Assembly: GCA_039621445.1 (NCBI GenBank)
Contig: CP154954.1
Coordinates: 5,619,919 to 5,683,918 of the forward strand
DNA length: 64,000 bases
Reading direction: 5' to 3'
DNA from: Euglena gracilis
Taxonomy: Eukaryota
Below, one piece after another: positions 58,031-64,000 of this stretch. Made by a program: the position numbers and the translations under genes. Each line of letters begins with the position of its first letter. Position 1 is the stretch's first letter. The notes under the pieces are model-generated. The model had not been told where the DNA came from. It made no database searches and saw nothing but the letters and a program-made list of their open reading frames with translations.

Positions 58031-61000
58031 AACTTCCCACACCTTTGATGGATGGTCTTTCGCTCAAACAACCATAATAATTGTTGAACCTGGGCCGTGC
58101 ACTCTCCTGGCTTGCACACCTGGTCCACGGTTTGCCCTTCCTCGACACAGGCTGCCATTGGCCACTCAAGGCCTCAAAGCTCAAGGCCACTTGTCTTCTC
58201 GAGTTGGCTGTCGAGCATGAACTCATTGAAAGCATTGAATTGGCACCGTTGCTCGTCTTCGATATTGCACACTCTTCATTGCCTGATTTGGAACCTGAGG
58301 TGAAGGGATTGGAATCTCCACCACGGTAATATCCTCTATGTGAAGATGTGGTTGGGTTATGCAAAATACTTTAGGGGTGTTCGATGCCCGAGGATGTAAA
58401 CCCCTCAAAAACATGACCCCGGCGTCCCTGATGACGAATAGGGCGGGCAACCGTTGGTGTTGTGTTATTGTTATTGCCCTTCCCCCCTTTGGCACCGAAA
58501 TTCTGGTCAAAACCTTTGACCTTCCCTCTTCCCTTACCACCCTTCCCCTTGTACCCCTGTTGGTTACCCCCATACCATTGGGAGTTATTTGCCCCATGTC
58601 CCTGGGAATTATTCCCCCCTTTCCATTGGCTGCCATTACCATACGGCTGAAAATTGTTTCTGTTCCACGGGGCTTGTCTAGCAACATCACCCCCACCACC
58701 GGTCTTTGCACATTGGGAGGGTTCTCCACCGTTGAAAGCCTTGAAGAATTGCTTGATGGCTGCACATTTGAAGATGAAACCGCAACAGATTGATCAGGTT
58801 TTGCTGTTTCGCTGATTTGTGATTTGCTTCTGGCTGGGGGAGGTGTGGTTGCCCTACCAGAGGTTGACCCTGGTGAACTCTTCCGACTCCCTGATTGCCT
58901 CCCCCCTCGATTTTCAGCACCCACCGACCTTGAACGCCTAAACCCTTGATATCCTGGGGATGAAACAGAACTTAGTAAGGCGTCATGCTTGTTTCTGAGT
59001 GTCAACTTCGTTTTCACGAGGTTGAAAATATCCTCGGTGGTCAAAATTGGTTCAATTTCCTGAAACAAAACGTTTGAATCGTCAAACTCTTTGCCATGAA
59101 AACTCTTGACTTTTTCAGGCAGAAATGTCAGGGAAAATGATTTCAAATTCTTCCTCGTAAATTTCCGACACTTTTGTGGGTCTTTTCCCAACTATTTTCC
59201 CCAGGCTTTCTGCAACCGTTTCTGAATTCCTGTTCCCTGGCATCTTTAGGCGTAAAGTTGGCTGATAATTCAGCCTCCTTTCCTCCTCATCTGAAACCCA
59301 TTTTAGGATGAATGGGGGAAGTTTCCGCACCAAAAGTCGTTTTTCTTCCCCCTCCCTGGCATCCTTAACCTTGCACTTGGCCATCTTGAAATTTGCCTGA
59401 GATTCAAGCCAGTGCTCAAGGGTAACTTTGCCTTGATTAAAAAGACTCACCTGTTGCCAAGTTTTCCTTGCCCCAGATTCCTGATTCTTCGAAAATGTCA
59501 TTTGCAGGTGACCCCACCCGGCATTAAAATTGATCCCCCCTTCCTTGATATGGAGCTTCAGAATTTGTTTTGCTCGTTTCGTCAAGACAATCCTCCAACA
59601 GAGCAACTTTCAAATCTTCACTCACTTCCCCCCCTGCAGAATTCAGTTTCCGTGAAAATGCTTGCCAATCCTCAGAAAATTGCTGCCAATCTTGAGATTT
59701 CCCTGTGAAATCTGGGATGTTGATCTGGGCGGCTGCCGACCATCAAGTAGTTCACAGGGGGGTGCATTTGCAATAAATCAGGTCAGTGGCAATTGTGCCT
59801 TTGGGGGGGCACCCCAGCGACCCCCAGTCATAAGTGTTGGTAACCCAGCGGTGCAGCATCTGTTGAGAATTTTGACTGCACCATGGCATCATTGGGGTCA
59901 CCCCCTTAACCCCGAAAATCCCAGATGATTGAGCCGGTGACACCCCCTTAATGCCAAAATTACCAGAATTCGGCTGATTTACTGTCTTGGGCTGGGCCAC
60001 TTCAGGTGCCTTGGGATCAATTTGCTGTGTTTTTTCGACTGAAATTTCCTGAACCCTCCCCTCCATGAAATCCAAACGAGTCTGCAAAGTTTGACACAGT
60101 TCTTGCAAACCCTCCCGTTGACTCTTTTCAGGCTGAAAATCTGTCTGCATGTTCATCAAAACTGTGAAAAATTGCTGTTTCACTCGATTTTCAATGTCAG
60201 TTTGCAATTTTTCAAAATGTTGTTCCTTTTGGGTTTGCCTCAGCTTTTCATCCATCATTTTCACCATCATAATTTCCATTTTTTTTTCTGACCTGGTCTG
60301 CCGTTTCCCTACGAACTTCCAGTTGAATTGTTGCTTCTGATTTTCCCAGCATTTCAACCACCTTATCCCAAGGCACCTGCTGGGTGCCCAGAAATTTCTT
60401 AATTGCTGTGATCCTGCCCCCCAGAGCTTTGCTCTCGTTTCTAGTTTCTTCAAATTGCTGCTGAATTTAGTGGGTTAAGGTCCCAAAACCTGACTTTGAT
60501 TCCTCCCCCACCATTTTCAGCCCAGCAGCGATTTCAGCAAATTTTCTGTCCACACCAGAGCATAGCTCACGATTTGCTTGTCGGATTGCCAAAATTTCCT
60601 TCTGAAAATCTGACTTAATTTGCTCAACAGAATGCAAACAAATTCCAACTTGCTCGACCAACCCACCTGGTGCAAACAATTTGTTTTGGACATCGTTTCC
60701 ATGGCTCTCAAGTTGTGCCAGCTCACCACCCAGAAAATCCCGTAATTGCTTCTCAAAATCATGAAATTTCCCTTCGATCTGCCTTTGAACTTCAATCCCC
60801 AAAAGTTGTTTGTGGCAGTTTGCAATGTTTTCCACAGCACTCCCCCCCCCAGCTGGAGGAAAGCATAATTCCTCCCCAGGTTGTGATTGAGAATCGGCTG
60901 GAAATTTTTGAGAAGAATTTGGCTGAAAAAAGCGCTCGAGCACAGAGAGGACTTTTGCATTTCATCCATGAAAATATGGAGAAATATGCTGCTGAAATGT

Positions 61001-62008
61001 GCAGCCAGTTTGAGCACGAAAAGCAAAAAAGTCAGGAGCAAATTCAGCAATCAGTCAGCCAATTTATTTTACGATGCCAGGAAGGGGGTTTGCACCAGAA
61101 AACTGAAACTCGCAGAAAAATCTGGCAGATTTTGCTCCAAACCCTGATTTCTGGGTGGTACCCAACCTGCAGCAATCAAAAAATCCTCCATTTCTCTCAA
61201 CCGATCTTGGTTTTGCGCACCCTCCCCCTCCGTTTCACAGTCACTTCCATACGACGGGGGGGATTCTGCCCACTGAACTAGATGGTTTTCCCCTTCTGGC
61301 TGTGAATTTTCCCTCTGTGCAGTTATCATCATTACGGGGAAACAGTTTACAGGGCGATCTCCTGATTTTTCAGACAAAAACTCTGAATTATCACCTGAGG
61401 CAACCTGTGAATGTGTAAAACCTGTGATTGTAAATGGCAGGGAGCTGAGAATTGATTGATTTGAGATTGAAGATTGATTGGCTGACCCTGCAGAAAAACC
61501 TGAATGATTCCATTCGCCCAGCTGACTTCGACCCACTGATTGAAACAACCCCTCAGATTCCACAGATTCTGCAGTTCTGACATTTTAAATTTCGGGGGCT
61601 GCTCTCCGAAAAATCTGGTGGCTGACCTGAAAAATTCTGTGATTCCACATTCACAGACTCAGCAAACTTTTTGGCCTCTGAAAACTCTGTCACCATGTCA
61701 AACTTTTCAGCAAGATTTGTGCTGGCTGTGCCAGCAAATTCGTCCGTGTTTTCTGGGCTGAAGAAAGTTTTGTCGACAGGGCTGGCAAAACATTCTCTGC
61801 TTGTCATGTTCAGGGAATTCGAAAACTTTTCACTGACGAAGTCATTGAATCCACTTCCGCCAACCATGTTCAGGGGTTCTGGTTTGTCATCATTCGAATC
61901 CAAAAATTCTTCACTGACAGAGTCAGTGAAGCAACCTCTGCGTACCATGTTCAGGGGTTCTGAAAACTCTTCACTGACAGGGTCAGTGAAGCCACCTCTG
62001 CTAACCAT
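58030..62008 (-). pseudogene. gag: Gag region of family 2 (multiple frameshifts; coiled-coil and capsid-like segments)
   Basis: Chain of minus-strand ORF fragments (61553-62086, 61069-61563, 60467-60943, 59752-60453, 59115-59606, 58223-59191) between the PBS and the MTases. The call is mainly positional. Confidence 0.7.
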
Positions 62009-62662
62009 GTTCACACCCGGGCGCCCCCCCTGCGAGTGTCGGACCCGAGACCCCAGCCCCCCGGCCGGCTGCCTCGTCCCTGACACCCACCCTTAGGGCT
62101 GCCGTTCCCTGGCCCGGGGCCAGTGTTTTTCCGGGTTGTGGAGGGCTCAGGCCACCCCCCGTTTCGCCCACTGGTGTACCCCCCGACCAGAGGGGTGTGC
62201 GTAGGATTGAATTTGCTTTTTCCATGAAAACTTGCACAAAGTCAAAATTCCGTTCCTCGAAAATGTAGTCCCAAATTTCAGTCCCCACGTGGCCATTTCA
62301 CCCACCCTTTCTTAAGTATGCAAAAACACTGGAAATGGTCAGGGTGGGTGTTTTGGTGCAATGGATGGTGGTAAAAGGCAACAGAAACACGCACACACCG
62401 TGAAAGTGGGAAGAGGGACCTGAAATTGACAATTCTTGCAAACAATGTACCTTCTCTTGATTTCGATTCTCCAATTCGATTGTTGATTGATGCCAATGTC
62501 AAAAACACCCACAAAGGTCTGCGGAAGCAAATTGTGTTAAATTTGAACCCCAAATTAGGCTTTTCCTATTGAGTGCGCGTTCTGAGCGGAATGAAAAATT
62601 CCGTGTTTTCAAAAGCTTCCGCCTTACCATTTTTGACTGTCGGACGCCCCCGACAGTCGACA
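62008..62662 (-). repeat. 5' LTR of Gypsy family 2
   Basis: TGTTCACACC...GTCGACA. Differs from the 3' LTR by scattered substitutions and two ~10-13 bp indels. Confidence 0.95.
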
Positions 62663-64000
62663 CCAAGTGGCTGACGCTTTAGTACAGTTATTTCGGTTTT
62701 CCAAGGCCCAGACACGTAACTATGCTTTTAATTCCATGGTTTGGTGGTTTGAGATTCCACAACCTGTTGGCCCCATACAAGAGGCTTTGGAATCAAAATC
62801 TGGAAAAATATGAAAACATGGTGCTTTTTGGGACCCCCTCCCCATCCTCCTGGGGATGGCCCAAGCCCCCTTCCCCTCTGATATATGCACGTTGCGCACA
62901 CAGCTGGTTTTTTTGCTCCAGAATTCTCTGTTTATGTTGATCTTCTGATCTGGAGAGAATCAAACGAACAACCAGTGTGTTTGGCAGGGCGCCCTACATC
63001 AAAATTCAGCGTAAAGGCCAGAAATTCCGTAAATGGGAGAGGGTTGTTTCACTTCCAAAGTGCCCACAGATAAGTCCCTTTCATTTAATGATGGCTTGCG
63101 TGGCTGCAACCCGATTTAACGTAAAGCCTGGGGGTCCCCTTCTGGTTTCACTAAAACCCCCATTCAAAGCCATGAGTGCTGACACAATTGCTTCAATAAC
63201 TAAACATTTTTTATCCAACATGGGGTACCCCCCCAGCTGTGGGGGGCCCGCTCCACCAGAGGGGCAGGAGTTGGTTTACTCAAAAAATTGGGCCTTTCTG
63301 CCCAAGAAATTTGTGAAATTGGCCAGTGGAGAGGTGTGGAGGCTTTTACAGCCCATTATCAACGACTTGGTGCCCAGGGTGCCTTGGAGAATGCCCAGGC
63401 CGCCCTAATTTCAGTGCACAATCAGGCCTCGCAAGGGCAAAGTGCGGAGCCCGAGGTGTCTCGTACTCCCTCGAGGATAACCGACAAGGGAGGAAGGGAC
63501 CCCGAGGGCGAAGCACAAAGATCTTGTGAGCCCGAACGGAGTCGCTGCTCAGTGCCGCCTCGCCGGAGCTGGCTGATGATGTGGCTCCGACGTGGTGACG
63601 TGACTTCTTGCCCCTGGGGGGGTTTCCCCCCTCTGCCCCCCATTTTCTGACCGAGTGCTTTTGAAGACAAATACTTTCTTACAGGTGGGGGGGGCTAGCC
63701 CAACGCAGCAAACAGTCCACACAACACCGCCGGCGAGCAAGACATGGCCTCACAGGGCCTTTGTGCTTCGCCCTCGGTGTCCCTTCCTCCCTTGTCGGGT
63801 TTCCTCGAGGGAGCACGAGGAAGGTTGGGACGGAAGAAAGCCCCAGGGGATGTGAAGCGCGTGTGGATGGGATCCTTTCCTAACCAGTGGGGTATCAGCA
63901 ATTTGGGTTTCCAATTCTGCTGCCCAAATGTAGGAGAGTGAAGGAATGCATTTGGAGGGGGGGGAGAGTGGCAGAAGTGTATTTGGCATATCCCCATGGA

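Larger units (their letters stand above)
50631..62662 (-). mobile_element. Full-length Ty3/Gypsy chromovirus family 2 (gag-C5 MTase-N6 MTase-PR-RT-RH-IN-chromodomain), decayed
   Basis: Two TG...CA LTRs, CCAA TSD at 50627-50630 and 62663-62666, PPT at 51266-51276, PBS-like TGGTTAGCAGAGG next to the 5' LTR. Confidence 0.96.
48015..63819 (+). mobile_element. Decayed DIRS family 2 (MTase-YR-ICR-right end) in three pieces: 48015-48417, 50444-50630, 62663-63819
   Basis: LFASPGN..YANPPW..MPHP|RWP; YR ..TTDQ|VADAL..; STRGAG..GQW..FTAHY. ICR ~63455-63530 is inverted at ~63748-63819. Confidence 0.9.

Overview
This is repeat-rich eukaryotic DNA, made up almost entirely of nested transposable elements around one host gene. 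A euglenozoan-like protist is inferred from an amastin/claudin-like gene with a polypyrimidine-AG acceptor just before its ATG, TTAGGG motifs and a CRE-clade element. Contents: (1) Two copies of a minus-strand Ty3/Gypsy chromovirus (family 1; 1-5891 and 5905-~18200, joined across a 13-N gap). Its pol has a DIRS/Dam-like N6-adenine methyltransferase domain between protease and RT, and the element has an extra 3' ORF. (2) A decayed CRE-like non-LTR retrotransposon. (3) A 3-exon tetraspan membrane gene whose ~9.7 kb first intron is packed with MITEs and satellites. (4) An apparently intact DIRS element (42495-46986) with ITRs and ICR, a fused gag-tyrosine recombinase ORF and a fully nested RT-RNaseH-MTase ORF. 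(5) A second, decayed DIRS interrupted by a tandem three-LTR TRIM and by a full-length 12 kb Gypsy chromovirus (family 2, 50631-62662, CCAA TSD). Main finding: the family-2 element carries both a C5-cytosine methyltransferase and an N6-adenine methyltransferase in tandem between gag and protease. Both Gypsy families and both DIRS families in the window encode a DNA methyltransferase, at three different positions. All protein calls are from motifs read by eye; no database search was run.
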